Shown here: in pieces, positions 46,838-58,949 of the stretch
Layout: every line of letters starts with the position of its first letter
How positions within the stretch are numbered: position 1 is the first letter of the stretch
NCBI GenBank assembly: GCA_038087875.1
Contig: CM075992.1
Span: 12,216,001 to 12,280,000, forward strand
Source: Malacoraja senta
Lineage: Eukaryota
Direction of reading: 5' to 3'
Length of the DNA: 64,000 nt
Notes under the pieces: generated by a model
Told to the model about the DNA's origin: nothing
The model's input: only the letters and a program-made list of their open reading frames with translations
Databases searched by the model: none
Program-made: the position numbers and the translations under genes

Positions 46838-47011
46838 GGTCATTCAACTGCAGGTGGAGAAGCAGGATTTACAACTTTTAATTGATACAGGACAGGCTGC
46901 TGTGCCCACCCCCTGGAGAATGGGGGGAAGTCACCTACAAGCCCTGGGCGATTAACTACTTATGTATGGACAGCAATTAACCCATGTCTTGCCAGATCTG
47001 CATTCCCAGGT
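46838..47011 (+). mobile_element. ERV remnant: protease active site joined to a probable integrase C-terminal region
   Basis: VIQLQVEKQDLQLLIDTG (DTG at 46884-46892), then in the same frame PTPW...GD*LLMYGQQLTHVLPDLHSQV. Confidence 0.6.
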
Positions 47012-47254
47012 TAGAAACATAGAAACATAGAAAATAGGTGCAGGAGGAGGCCATTCGGCCCTTCGAGCCTGCACCGCCATTCAATATGATCATGGCTGAT
47101 CATCCAACTCAATATCCTGTACCTGCCTTCTCTCCATACCCCCTGATCCCTTTAGCCACAAGGGCCACATCTAACTCCCTCTTAAATATAGCCAATGAAC
47201 TGGCCTCAACTACCTTCTGTGCAAGAGAGTTCCAGAGATTCACCACTCTCTGTG
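47012..47254 (-). mobile_element. CR1 3' tail
   Basis: TQRVVNLWNS...GYGEKAGTGY and (TAGAAACA)n. Confidence 0.9.
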
Positions 47255-47679
47255 TTAGAGGAGCTGGGCTGAAAACCAGTGAGCACAGGGACGAATCCAT
47301 AAAGGCTACAAGATGACTATGTGTTGGGACAAGAAGAAATTGAGACTTGTGTTGAAAGGAGCAACCAAGTGCGACCAACAACATCAACTCCCGTGAAGAT
47401 TGAAGATCACACCTCCTTTTAAACAAGATTGGACTCAAACATGACAAACGCAGCAGAGATACCCTGACTACAGACAGCAAGAGATCCACAAAGGCCAGTT
47501 AAATCTACCTGTTTTTGCCACAACCAAAGCACTGGTGTATTTTTCGGAAACAGTATGTTTGTGACAGTGCATTGTTATCTTGCATATGCAGTGCCACACA
47601 AGGGAAGAATGAACCAGTTACACCAGCACACGGGGTGTTCTAAACAAAACCTAATGAAGGGTGAGCAATTTTTATGATC

Positions 47680-47930
47680 CTTTTCCTGTCCTATGGTAGT
47701 ATAATAGTGTCACGGGAACTAATTAATATGGCCTCCGCTTTAGAGACATTTGCTAATGCCACTACCGTCTCCTTGAGTGCAACCCAGGAGGAGGTAGTAG
47801 GGGTAACAGCTGAGATGGTAGCTATGAGGACTGTAGTATTATAAAACAGAATGGCCTTAAATTTTATCCTAGCAGAAAAAGGAGGGACATGTGCAATAAT
47901 AGGTCAAGAATGTTGTACTTTTATTCCCGA
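47680..47930 (+). pseudogene. env: Gamma-type retroviral env TM remnant (heptad, immunosuppressive domain, CX6CC)
   Basis: ...AEMVAMRTVVL*NRMALNFILAEKGGTCAIIGQECCTFIPD; TAA at 47842-47844 stands where the Q of LQNR is expected; truncated by repeat block 2. Confidence 0.88.
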
Positions 47931-48205
47931 TGCTGTCTCATACCATTTCAAGCAGGGTGCAATGCCACCAAATTCAAATACAGTCTCATACCATTTCAAG
48001 CAGGTTGCAATGCCACCAAATTCAAATGCTGTCTCATACCATTTCAAGCAAGGTGCAAGGCCACCAAATTCAAATGCAGTCTTGTACCATTTCAAGCAGG
48101 GTGCAAGGCCACCAAATTCAAATGCAGTCTCATACCGTTTCAATCAAGGTGCAAGGCCACCGAATTCAAAAGCAGTCTCATACCATTTCAAGCAGGCTGC
48201 AAGGC
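47930..48205 (+). repeat. 48-bp tandem repeat, block 2 (~5.7 units)
   Basis: Same unit and orientation as block 1. Confidence 0.95.
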
Positions 48206-51200
48206 TGAAAAAGTTACTTTTATAACAATCAAACAGTTTCGCTTCTTAATAAACAGACAACTCACAAACGTTTGGTAGACCAGTTCAAAACTTTACTTAT
48301 TATCGGCGGATGGAAGTGGCAGTCCCTTAAGTCCTTTGCTATTTGATATTGCTTTGGAACCTTTGGCCACCGCTATTAGGGAATCCCCTAATATTTTTGG
48401 TATTGTCCGTGGGAATAAGACACATAAGCTATCTCTTTATGCAGATGATCTGTTATTATTCATTTCTAACCCTGAGAAATCTATTCCGGCAATAGTAGCA
48501 TTACTTAATCAATTTAGTAGTTTGTCTGGTTATAAGCTAAATCTTAGTAAGAGTGAGCTTTTTCCATTAAATAATCTAGTTTTGAATTATGGACAGTTTC
48601 CACTTAGATTGACTACCGAAAGTTTTACTTATCTAGGTATTAAGATCACCAAGAAACACAAGGATTTATTTAAAGCTAATTTTATGCCTTTAATTGACCA
48701 TATTAAACAACAGTTTACTAAATGGTCACCAATGTCCTTATCCTTAATCGGCCGAATCAATGCTATTAAAATGTTCATTTTACCTAAATTTCTGTATTTA
48801 TTTCAGATGATACCAATTTTTATTGCCAAATCTTTCTTTGATACTATAGATTCCAAAATTTATTCATATAAAAGGCAGAATAAAAATTCCAGACTAAGTA
48901 AAAAATACTTACAGAATTTTTTTTTTAAATGGTGGTTTGGAATTGCCGAACCTTAGATTCTACTATTGGGCTGTCAATGTTCGTTATCTAACATTTTGGA
49001 CAAAAGATTTAGAAGATACCCAATGCCCAGGATGGATAAATCTTGAACATGATTCCTTACAAGGGCTATCATTGGCTTCTATTCTAGGGGCCTCGTTACC
49101 TTTTACAATGACGAGATTGAATAAATATACGACTAACCCAATAATAAGACATACGTTTCGAATATGGTTTCAATTTCGTAAGTTTTTTGGACTAAATGAT
49201 TTTATCTTATCGAGTCCTATCTTATCCAATTTTCTCTTCCAACATTCTAGTACTGATCAAGTCTTTTTGTTATGGAAGAGGAAGGGATTAGTAGCTTTTC
49301 GTGATTTGTTTTCGGATGGTTGTTTTATGTCTTTCGAACAACTCTCCAATAAATATAATTTATCTAATTCACACTTTTTTAGATATTTACAAATTAGACA
49401 TTTTTTGAAGGCTACTCTACTCCTTTTTTCCGCTACCACATCAAACCGAAATTTTGGAAAACATTTTACATTTGAACCCTTATCCGAAAGGATTAATAAC
49501 GACTATTTATGAGTTGATTTTGAAATTACAAATAGATATATTTGACAAAATTAAGAATGACTGGGAAAGAGAACTCCAAATTTCTCTATCTATAGTGAAA
49601 TGGGAGAGGATTCTTCAATTAGTCAATACCTCTTCAATGTGTTCATATGTCAAAAGATAAGTTGGCTCGTTACTATGGTCATATAAATCTTACCTGTGAC
49701 AGATGTAACTCTGAAGTGGCCTCACTGACCCATATGTTTTGGTCCTGCCCACATTTGGAAAAATATTGGAAAGACATTTTTGATACAATCTCTGTAGTCT
49801 TAGGTATTGATTTACAACCTCATCCTATTACTGCAATTTCTGGGCTCCCAATGTTAGATTTTATTCATTTGTCCTGCTCCGCCCATCGGTTGATTGCTTT
49901 TACCACACTAATCGGCAGAAGATCTATTTTATTTAAATGGAAAGACTCCAACCCTCCGACCACACTCCAGTGGTACTCTGAAACGATATCATGTTTAAAT
50001 TTAGAAAAAATCAGGAGTGACATTGTTGAACACTTGGTTAAATTTGATAAGACTTGGGGAAAATGTATTCAACACTTTCATACAACATAAATCGCTCCCT
50101 CTTTAACCGTTATAAAAACTATTTTACCTTTATATGGTGGAACGGACTTGACGACAAACAGACTTAAATTGTTGTAATTCTCAGTTCAGATTCTGTTTTG
50201 CTTTGCTTTGCTTTGTTATTTATTTATTTATTTATTTATTTTCCCTTTCTTTTTTCCCTTTAGTTTAGGGGGGTTTTGTTTCTTCCTTTTTACCTCTTTT
50301 TTTAATCTTTTTATCTTTGTGTTTTTTTTCTACATATATAAGCTTTCTCTTAAAGATGTAACTATATTTACATGGAGGTCTATATTCAATGTGTACTTTG
50401 ACACTGGACATATTAGGTTATACCTGTTATTAGTGTAATCCTGATCCCTATGTATCAATATCATTGTTATGTTTATCATTATTCTTTTTGCTCTGTTTCT
50501 TATGTTTTGTTTTTGTTTTTTGGAAAAAAATGAATAAAAAGATTTTAAAAGAAAGAAAACTATACACAAACCCTTCTGAAAAATACATACACAATTCCTT
50601 CTTAAAAAATACATACACAAAGCCCAATTGGTCTTACCTTTGTCTGTTTCTAAGAACCCCGGCAGGAAACCAATTCAATGTCTGATGAAAGATCACAGAT
50701 GTTCCCGGGAGTTTCTCGGGGAGTCGGTCTTACAAAGGGGCCAATAGAGCTCAGTTGTCTCCCTTCCAATCTGGGCGACCTCTGCACCCTCTAACACAGT
50801 CAGCTGTTGATGGGGTCCCAGTGAGGCCTGCATGACTATGCCAATGAAAAAGTTACTTTTATAACAATCAAACAGGTTTGCTTCTTAATAAACAGACAAC
50901 TCACAAACGTTTGGTAGACCAATTCAAAACGTTACTTATTATCGGCCGATGGAAGTGGCCGGGAGAACTCTAGTCAAGTGAGCAATACAGACACTTCACT
51001 GTCCTCATTCCACTTCCCCGAACAACAGAATTACATCGTATTATATCGTGTTTTTTTTGTCACCTTAGCACATTCCACAAACATTAGTCATGGTCAGAGA
51101 TACAGAGAATAAAGGTTACTACAAGATGCGTCACATCAAAGGCATCTTGTCATATGGTACAAGGACTTTACATATCAAAGGCATCGGACATTTGGTGCAA

Positions 51201-51450
51201 GGTTTTTTACATATTAAAGACATCGCCAATTTGTCAATACCCTTTAGTGAGATCAATCTAACTTCCTCTCTAGTCAAATGGTAGACAAATGTTATAATCA
51301 TTCATTATCTCAATACACAGCAACCTGAGGCAAGCCTAGACTTGCCTTTCTGTATTAATCTACTGCAGAAAAGCCTGATTTGAGACTAAATATAAGCTGT
51401 AAGTTTTTCTTATATTTTCTTATATTTTTTAACATAATTCAGCCTTATCA
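48206..51450 (-). mobile_element. Deleted LTR retroelement/ERV inserted in the 48-bp array
   Basis: 4-bp TSD AGGC (48202-48205, 51451-51454); 606-bp TG..CA 5' LTR at 50845-51450; PBS TGGCATAGTCATGCAGG (50827-50843) resembling the tRNA-Ser PBS TGGCGTAGTCGGCAGG; 3' LTR remnant 48206-48320. Confidence 0.85.
48321..50560 (+). mobile_element. 5'-truncated L1 (RT C-terminal half to poly-A)
   Basis: ORFs 48336..48956 (LYADD, GRINAIKM), 48937..49512, 49647..50090 (CDRC..HMFWSC). Confidence 0.92.
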
Positions 51451-51695
51451 AGGCTACCAAATTGAAATGCAGTCTCATACCATTTCAAGCAGCGTGCATG
51501 GCCAGCAAATTCAAATGCAGTCTCGTACCATTTCAAGCAGTGTGCAAGGCCACCAAATTCAAATGCAGTCTCGTACCATTTCAACCAGGGTGCATGGCCA
51601 CCAAATTCAAATGCAGTCTCGTACCATTTCAAGCAGCGTGCATGGTCACCAAAATGAAATGCAGTCTCATACCATTTCAAGCAGGGTGCAAGGCA
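51451..51695 (+). repeat. 48-bp tandem repeat, block 3 (~5 units)
   Basis: Same unit; resumes in register after the AGGC TSD. Confidence 0.95.
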
Positions 51696-51697
51696 AC

Positions 51698-52360
51698 GAC
51701 ATTTTTATTGTCACATACACCAATTGGTGTAGTAAAATTTGAGTTGCCATTTGCAGCACACAAATATAAATAAAACGCAACATTAAAGAATTTAACATTG
51801 AACATAAAAACATCCCCCCACAATGTGAGGGAGGGCAACAAAGTCCAGTCCTCTTCCTCTTGTTCACCCATGGTCGGGCCTATTGAAGCCTCCGCGGTCG
51901 CCGTGACGGCGGCCCGATGTTTCAGGCCCTCTCGCCAGATGATGGAGCTCCGATGTCGGGAGAACGCTCTCAGCAGCTTGGAGTGTCTGGAACAGCCGCT
52001 TCCTCCCTGGAGACCGCGGCTCCCGAAGTCCACAGGCCGCGCTGGTCGGAGCTCTGACACTCGGCGAAAGATCCCAGGCTCCGCGATCTTGCAGTCAGCG
52101 CCGCCCGCGGTTGGACGCACCGCAACCACAGCTCCGCGATGTTGGAGTCGGTGGTCTCAACACTCCGGAGCTTACCACACAGCGACCTGGGTAAGGCATC
52201 GCCCGCTCCGCGATGGTGCTTCAGCGCTCTGCTGCCGCCGAAGCTGAGGTTCTGGCAGGTCCCGGCAGGAAACGCTGCTCCAGTCCCATTGGCAGGCCGC
52301 GAAGAGGGAGCGAAGATGCGGCTCGGTGGAAGCCACATCTCCGACCAGGTAGTGACTGAG
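51698..52360 (-). repeat. GC-rich non-autonomous retroposon with LINE-like tail
   Basis: Minus strand ends ...TACACCAATTGGTGTATGTGACAATAAAAA; shares GAGGA..GACTGGACTTT with 4265-4570. Confidence 0.55.
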
Positions 52361-52854
52361 AAATACAGAGAGTTGTGAATTTATGGAATTCCCTGCCACA
52401 GAGGGCAGTGGAGGCCAAGTCACTGGATGGATTTAAGAGAGAATTAGATAGAGCTCTAGGGGCTAGTGGAGTCAAGGGATATGTGGAGATGGCAGGCACT
52501 GGTTATTGATAGGGGACGATCAGCCATGATCACAATGAATGGCGGTGCTGGATCGAAGGGCCAAATGGCCTCCTCCTGCACCTATTTTCTATGTTTCTAT
52601 GTTTCTAAATGGGCATTGAAATTCAAAATAGTAAATTGAAGGCTGAGACTGAATTTGGTTAAATTGGAACATTTATCATGGTTTGCTTCAAATTAAAGTC
52701 ACGCCTTTAGTGGAATGTAGACTGAACCCAGCTGAAATTTATATGATTTCTTGTCATCAGATATACATAGTATAACACCGTGTGAGGATGAAGAAGGATA
52801 TTCAGTGTTGATCCAAGAATAATAAAGAGTAAGTTAGGGAACAGATAGGAATAC

Positions 52855-53510
52855 AAAGCGAATGGTATGTTGGCTTTCATAGCAAGAGGATTTGAGTATA
52901 GGAGCAGGGAGGTTCTACTGCAGTTGTACAGGGTCTTGGTGAGACCACACCTGGAGTATTGCGTACAATTTTGGTCTCGAAATCTGAGGAAGGACATTAT
53001 AGCCATAGATGGAGTGCAGAGAAGGTTCACCAGACTGATTCCTGGGATGTCAGGACTTTCATATGAAGAAAGACTGGATAGACTTGGCTTATACTCGCTA
53101 GAATTTAGGAGATTGAGAGGGGATCTTATAGAAACATACAAAATTCTTATGGGGTTGGACAGGCTAGATGCAGGAAGATTGTTCCCGATGTTGGGGAAGT
53201 CCAGGACAAGGGGTCACAGCTTAAGGATAAGGGGGAAATCCTTTAAGACCGAGATGAGGACAAACTTTTTCACACAGAGAGTGGTGAATCTCTGGAACTC
53301 TCTGCCACAGAAGGTAGTTGAGGCCAGTTCATTGGCTATATTTAAGAGGGAGTTAGATGTGGCCCTTGTGGCTAAAGGGATCAGGGGGTATGGAGCGAAG
53401 GCAGGTACGGGATACTGAGTTGGATGATCAGCCATGATCATATTGAATGGCGGTGCAGGCTCGAAGGGCCGAATGGCCTACTCCTGCACCTATTTTCTAT
53501 GTATCTATGT
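52855..53510 (+). mobile_element. CR1 LINE 3' fragment
   Basis: ORF 52867..53418. Confidence 0.95.
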
Positions 53511-54699
53511 ATAGTAGGTTCAATAGATAATAGAATAGAGCTAGGTTGAAGTGAAATAGAAATAGCGAATGTGTGTGAAAGCATGAGTGCATGATGGTAA
53601 CTTGCTTTGTCCCAAGCTTCTTAGGATGTTTTCTGGGGTTTAGGTTTGACTGTGGAAGGTGAAGGAAGACTGGGCAGGAACACAGATGGAGGGAGTTTGC
53701 ACCCACGAAAACCCGGGAGGTGGAGACTCCTCAGACAGGACTTGTGAAGTCATGCCCATGAAAACTCGGGAGGTGGAGACTCCTCAGACAGGACTTGTGA
53801 AGTCATGCCCATGAAAACCCGGGAGGCTTTACAAGATTCTGAGAAGAAACAACATCATCTTGTGTTACTGATGGATGGGAAATGTAAAGCACACTTATGT
53901 ATATCTGGTTAGCTGATTACTGAGCCACAATGTTAATCCTGGCTAACTTGGACCAGCCAGGACTTCAAAATGTGGTTACGTTTCAGGGTTTGCTTGGAGA
54001 TTTGGTCAAATTGGAATTGCTGTCTGCAAAGCTGGGACAGGCTGCGAGAGGTGCCAGGAGTCTGGAACTTAGATACAATTTGCAAGCAAAAAATGGGAAT
54101 CCTTGCCATCCCTGCCAATCTGGTACTAAATGCATAGAATGGATTGATGGCTGCAAACCAGACATACACCTTTTAATAGCTTGCAAATAATGTTGCAGAG
54201 TCTGACTCTGCTAAGTGTTGATTGGATGGGGTGTTGAGCCTTGTCTGAGGGTTCTGTTAATCAGGGTAAATGTTTCCAAGTTGACTTCATCTCAAAGTCC
54301 ATTGTGAATACAATGTATTGAACTGTTGTATCATTGGGTCAGGGAAATGCATGTTATGTATGGGGTTAATAGATGTTTGTAATTGGGTGATTAAGAGACA
54401 ACCCCCGTGTGGTTCGGCCCTCGAGATCGCGATGCATATAAAAGTCCGTGGTCACAAGGCTCAGGGTCGATCTTCTGGAAGAGCGCTCAGGACCGTGTAC
54501 CCTTCTGGAGTGCCTCTGTCTGCACGAGGCTTAGAGGGCATGAACATATAGACGCAGGGATCAAACCCGCGATGGGATAGGTACAATGTGTGATCTGTGA
54601 TGCGCCTTTGGTAAAATAAAATGTAGTTGATTCAAGTGCTTGATTCAGTGTTTTTACTGAAACTAGACTGGGGGGAAGCTTGGAAACGAGCAATTATCA
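53511..54699 (+). mobile_element. Probable retroviral-type LTR (5' boundary uncertain); mirror copy at 63128-64000
   Basis: 53-bp direct repeats ~53702-53826, TATAAAAG 54437-54444, AATAAA 54615-54620, ends ...ATTATCA next to a SINE fragment. Confidence 0.6.
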
Positions 54700-54949
54700 G
54701 AAACCCACGTGGTCACAGGGCGATCCTGCAAATCCCACATACAGACAGCACCTGAGGTCATGATCGAATTTGCAAACCAGTATCTGCAGTTCCTTGTGTC
54801 TGGAAAAGATTAGCCGGGTGAATATTCTCGTACGGAACCAAATTTTATCGTTAGAATTTTCCACAAAGATATTCAAGCAATTATTGGTGTTGAGCAGAGT
54901 AGACTTAATGAGGAGATGAAGCCAGTAAACCCACTTCATTCCGAAAACC

Positions 54950-55830
54950 CTCGCTCTCTCTCAGTCTCTCAGTCTTTCAGTCTCAAAGCCTCTCCCCATC
55001 TCTCTCACTCAAAGTCTCTCAGGGTCCCAATCTCTCTCGGTCTCCCAGTCTCCCAACCTCTCACAATCTCTCCCAGTCTCACCACCTCTCTGTCTCAGCC
55101 TCTCTCAATCTCCCCGTCTCTCCCAGTCTCTCCTCTTCTCTCCCAGTCTCTCAGTCTCTCCTCGTCTCTCCCAGACTCTCCCAGTCTTTTCTCGTCTCTC
55201 CCAGTTTCTCCCCGTCACTCCCAGTCTCTCTTCTCTCCCAGTCTCTCCCAGTCTTTCCTCGTCTCTCCCAGTTTCCCCCCATCTCTCTCAGTATCTCCCA
55301 GTCTCTCCTCATCTCTCCACGTCTCTCCCAGTCTCCCAGTCTCTCCTCGTCTCCCCAGTCTCTCCTCGTCTCTCCCCATCTCTCTCAGTTTCACCTTGTC
55401 TCTCCCAGTCTCTCCTCGTCTCTCCCAGTCTCTCAGTCTCTCCTCGTCTCTCCCAGTCTCTCCAGTCTTTCCTCATCTCTCCCAGTTTCTCCCCGTCTCT
55501 CTCAGTCTCTCCTCATCTCTCCCCGTCTCTCTCAGTTCCACCTCGTCTCTCCCGGTCTCTCCTCGTCTCTCCCAGTCTCTCAGTCTCTCCAGTCTTTCCT
55601 CATCTCTCCCAGTCTCTCCTCGTCTCTCCCAGTCTCTCCCCGTCTCTCTCAGTTTCACCTCGTCTCTCCCAGTCTCTCCTCGTCTCTCCCAGTTTCTTCC
55701 CCTCTCTCAGTCTCCCCGTCACTCTCAGTCTCCTCGTCTTCCAGTCTCCCCCGTCTCGTCAGTCTCCCCGTCTCTCTCAGTCTCCCTGTCTCTCTCAGTC
55801 TCTCCCAGCCTCTCTGAGTCTCCAGTCTGC
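54950..55830 (+). repeat. CT-rich low-complexity minisatellite (CTCTCCCAGT/CTCTCCTCGT variants); mirror at ~62073-62880
   Basis: Direct inspection; source of spurious Ser/Pro/Leu-rich ORFs. Confidence 0.95.
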
Positions 55831-56469
55831 ACGACTGCTCTCCATTCATGGGAAGTAGCCTTGCCCGTCTTTGATGACCACATGATGTCTGTCACATTCA
55901 GTTCAAATCTGTTGGCAGTCACATTCTGCCTATGTTTGCATTTCTGTCAGTGAAATAGTGAACTAAGAAAGAAGAACAAGTTGCTCATTCCTTTAAATAA
56001 TTCCAGTGGTTCCATTTATTCTTAAGCTTATTATTTGCAATCAAGGTTTGTAACAAAAAAAAGCCCAGAGTCAGTCAGTTCATTTTAGTTTTTAGTTTAG
56101 AGATACAACGTGGCAACAGGCCCTTCGGCCCACTGAGTCCAAGCCAACCAGCGATCCCCGCACATTAATTTCTATCCTACCCACTTGGGAACAATTTACA
56201 GAAGCCAATTAACCTACAAACCTTACCATTGGCCCATCAAGTCTACTCCGCCATTCAATCATGGCATATCTTTCCCTCTCAAGCCCATTCTCCTACCTTC
56301 TCCCCATAAATCCTTGACATCCGTACATACCTCATATATCATGCCACACTATGGATGGCTTACCAACCTGGTTCCAAAGGTCACGACCTGAAACATCATC
56401 CTTTTTCTCCAGAGATGCTGCCTGACTCGTTGAGTTACTCCAGCACTTTGCGTCTAGCACACTAGTTCT

Positions 56470-56790
56470 ATGTTTAGTTTAGAGATACAGTGGGGAACCA
56501 GGCCCTTCGGCCCACGAGTACATGCCGTCCATCGACCACCCGTTCACACCAATTCTATGTTATCCAACTTTCTCATCCACTCCCTACACACTAGGGGGCA
56601 ATTTACAGAGGGTCAATTAACCTACAAGCCTGTACATCTTTGGGATGTGGGAGGAAGCCGGAGCACCCAGAGAAACCCACGTGGTCACAAGGAGAACAAA
56701 CAAAATCCATCCAGACAGCACCCGAGGTCAGGATTGAACCTGGGTCTCTAGTGCTGTGAGGCAACAAATCTACCGCTGCGCCACCGTGCC
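56470..56790 (-). mobile_element. V-SINE-like SINE; mirror at ~61110-61425
   Basis: Same head, core and tail as 1131-1487. Confidence 0.8.
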
Positions 56791-56804
56791 ACCCTATAGT
56801 TGTG

Positions 56805-57640
56805 AGGTTCAGCATGGTTGGCTGCTATGGAAGGTTAGATCGCATGGGATCCAAGGAGAGTTAGCCGAATGGATAGAAAATTGGCTCCATGGAAGGAAGC
56901 AGAGGGTGATGGTGGAAGGTTGCTTCTCGGACTGGAGGCCTGTGACTAGTGGTGTGCCTCAGGGTTCGATGCTGGGCCCGTTACTGTTTGTCATCTATAT
57001 CAATGATTTGGATGTGAACATACAGGGCAAGATTAGCAAGTTTGCTGATGATACATTAGTGGTTGGTCTTGAAGATGGTTGTGAACGATTGCAGCAGGAT
57101 CTGGATCGATTGGCCAGGTGGGCTGAGGAATAGTTGATGGAATTTAAAACAGAGAAATGTGAGGTGTTGCATTTTGGGATGTCGAACAAGGGCAGGGTCT
57201 ACACAGTGAATGGTTGGCATCTGGGTAGTGTTGTAGGGCAGAGGGATCTCGGAGTACAGGTGCATGGGTCCTTGAACGTCGAGTCGCAGGTAGTTAAGGT
57301 GATCAAAAACACTTTTGGCACTTTGGCCTTCATCAGTCAGAGTATTGAGTATAGAAGTTGGGATGTCATGTTGCAGTTGTATAAGACGTTGGCGAGGCCG
57401 CATTTAGAATATTGTGTTCAGATCTGGGCACCATGTTATAGGAAAGATTTTGTAAAGCTGGAAAGGGTACAGAGAAGATTTACGAGGATGTTGCCAGGAC
57501 TAGAGCGTGTGAGCTATAGGGAGAGGTTGAGTAGGCTGGGTCTCTATTCCTTGGAGTGCAGGAGGATGAGGGGTGATCTTATAGACGTGTATAAGATCAT
57601 TAGAGGAATAGATCTGGTAGATGCACCGTCTCTTGCCCAG
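56805..57640 (+). mobile_element. CR1 RT fragment; mirror at ~60260-61092
   Basis: ORFs 56756..57133 and 57134..57682 (GVPQGSMLGP, FADD, HLEYCVQ). Confidence 0.92.
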
Positions 57641-58554
57641 TGTAACTGTCCTCCCTACATGATTGTTAACAGTAGTACGTAGATTGACAGCCAGCCAAAC
57701 TCGATTCAATAATCAAACGCGAGTCAGGAAGTTAGCATCTCAGCTCTCAAGTTTAATGACTTTCCAGTGCTGTCACATTCTTATCATTGAAAAACGAGTG
57801 AAAACTATAAAGGAAAAGGAAGATACACAAATTACTCTCCTTTGCAGAAATATACATTTAGATAGAAACAAACAAATCTTCTGATAGAGTGAAACATATA
57901 GGGCAAATATATAACAAACAATATACCTCAATCCATCTAATGCCACTGCAAATCCTATTCCTTGTATGTTAAGGTGCTATAAAATGGCCGCCTGCTAACA
58001 ATCTGAACATTCACAAATGCTATGAAGTTAATGAAATGAGTTAAACATCATCTGCCATAAATACTCTGCAATACAGCATTCCAAGCATACACTGAACAAT
58101 ATGAACTTACAGCCATTGCTTTCTTAAGTGTAACAAGCTAGGATTGGTAAGGATTGCTTCTGATGTTAGAACATGACAGACAAACATAGGACAGGTTTAC
58201 AGGGATATGGGCCAAACGCGGATGGGTGGGACTAGTGTAGCTGGGACATGTTGGCCGGTTTGGCAAGTTGGGCCAAAGGGCATGTGTCCACGCTGTATCA
58301 CTCTGTGACTGTATAACTATTTATAGAAGCCAATTAACCTACAAACCTACACATATTTGGAGTGTGGGAGGAGACCGAAGATCTCGGAGAAAACCTATGC
58401 AGGTCACGGGGAGAACGTACAAACTGTGTACAGACAGGACCCAAAGACAGGATGGAACCCGGGTCTCTGGCGCTGTGAGGCAGCAACTCTGCCGCTGTGC
58501 CATCGTGCCGACACATGTGTGTTGCGTTCTAGATTCTATTTTTGACTTTGTTTG

Positions 58555-58670
58555 TCCGTGTGGTTATGACACAAATTCGCCGGCTTTCGGGAAGTGGAAC
58601 TGAAAATCGTCCCACTGTCAGTTCTCCGCAAACGATGACTGAGGTCATTTGCTATTTCCGGGTGAGTCTG
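58555..58670 (+). promoter_or_regulatory. Candidate haematopoietic promoter / short first exon
   Basis: RUNX TGTGGTT 58559-58565, ETS GGGAAGTG 58589-58596, ETS-IRF GGAACTGAAA 58596-58605, ATG 58635, donor G|GTGAGT at 58662. Confidence 0.35.
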
Positions 58671-58749
58671 TGGTCAGCACCAGTGTTGAGGCTTTTCTTG
58701 GTGTTGGGAGGAAATTGCTCCTGAAATGCTGAGAGGCCACATAGCCTGG

Positions 58750-58949
58750 NNNNNNNNNNNNNNNNNNNNNNNNNNNNNNNNNNNNNNNNNNNNNNNNNNN
58801 NNNNNNNNNNNNNNNNNNNNNNNNNNNNNNNNNNNNNNNNNNNNNNNNNNNNNNNNNNNNNNNNNNNNNNNNNNNNNNNNNNNNNNNNNNNNNNNNNNNN
58901 NNNNNNNNNNNNNNNNNNNNNNNNNNNNNNNNNNNNNNNNNNNNNNNNN
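58750..58949. other. Assembly gap (200 N)
   Basis: Run of N. Confidence 1.

Noticed and set aside
47851..48225. Env-repeat fusion protein or syncytin-like gene
   Set aside because: In-frame stop inside the LQNR motif, no intact SU, and no membrane anchor
52607..52660. GIEIQ-containing segment as the continuation of the GAIN coding region
   Set aside because: No acceptor (it abuts a CR1 tail), early stop, and too short to judge
54916..55953. 345-aa Ser/Pro/Leu-rich ORF and mirrors at 61947-63120
   Set aside because: Translation of a CT-rich minisatellite; the frame is not maintained between the two arms
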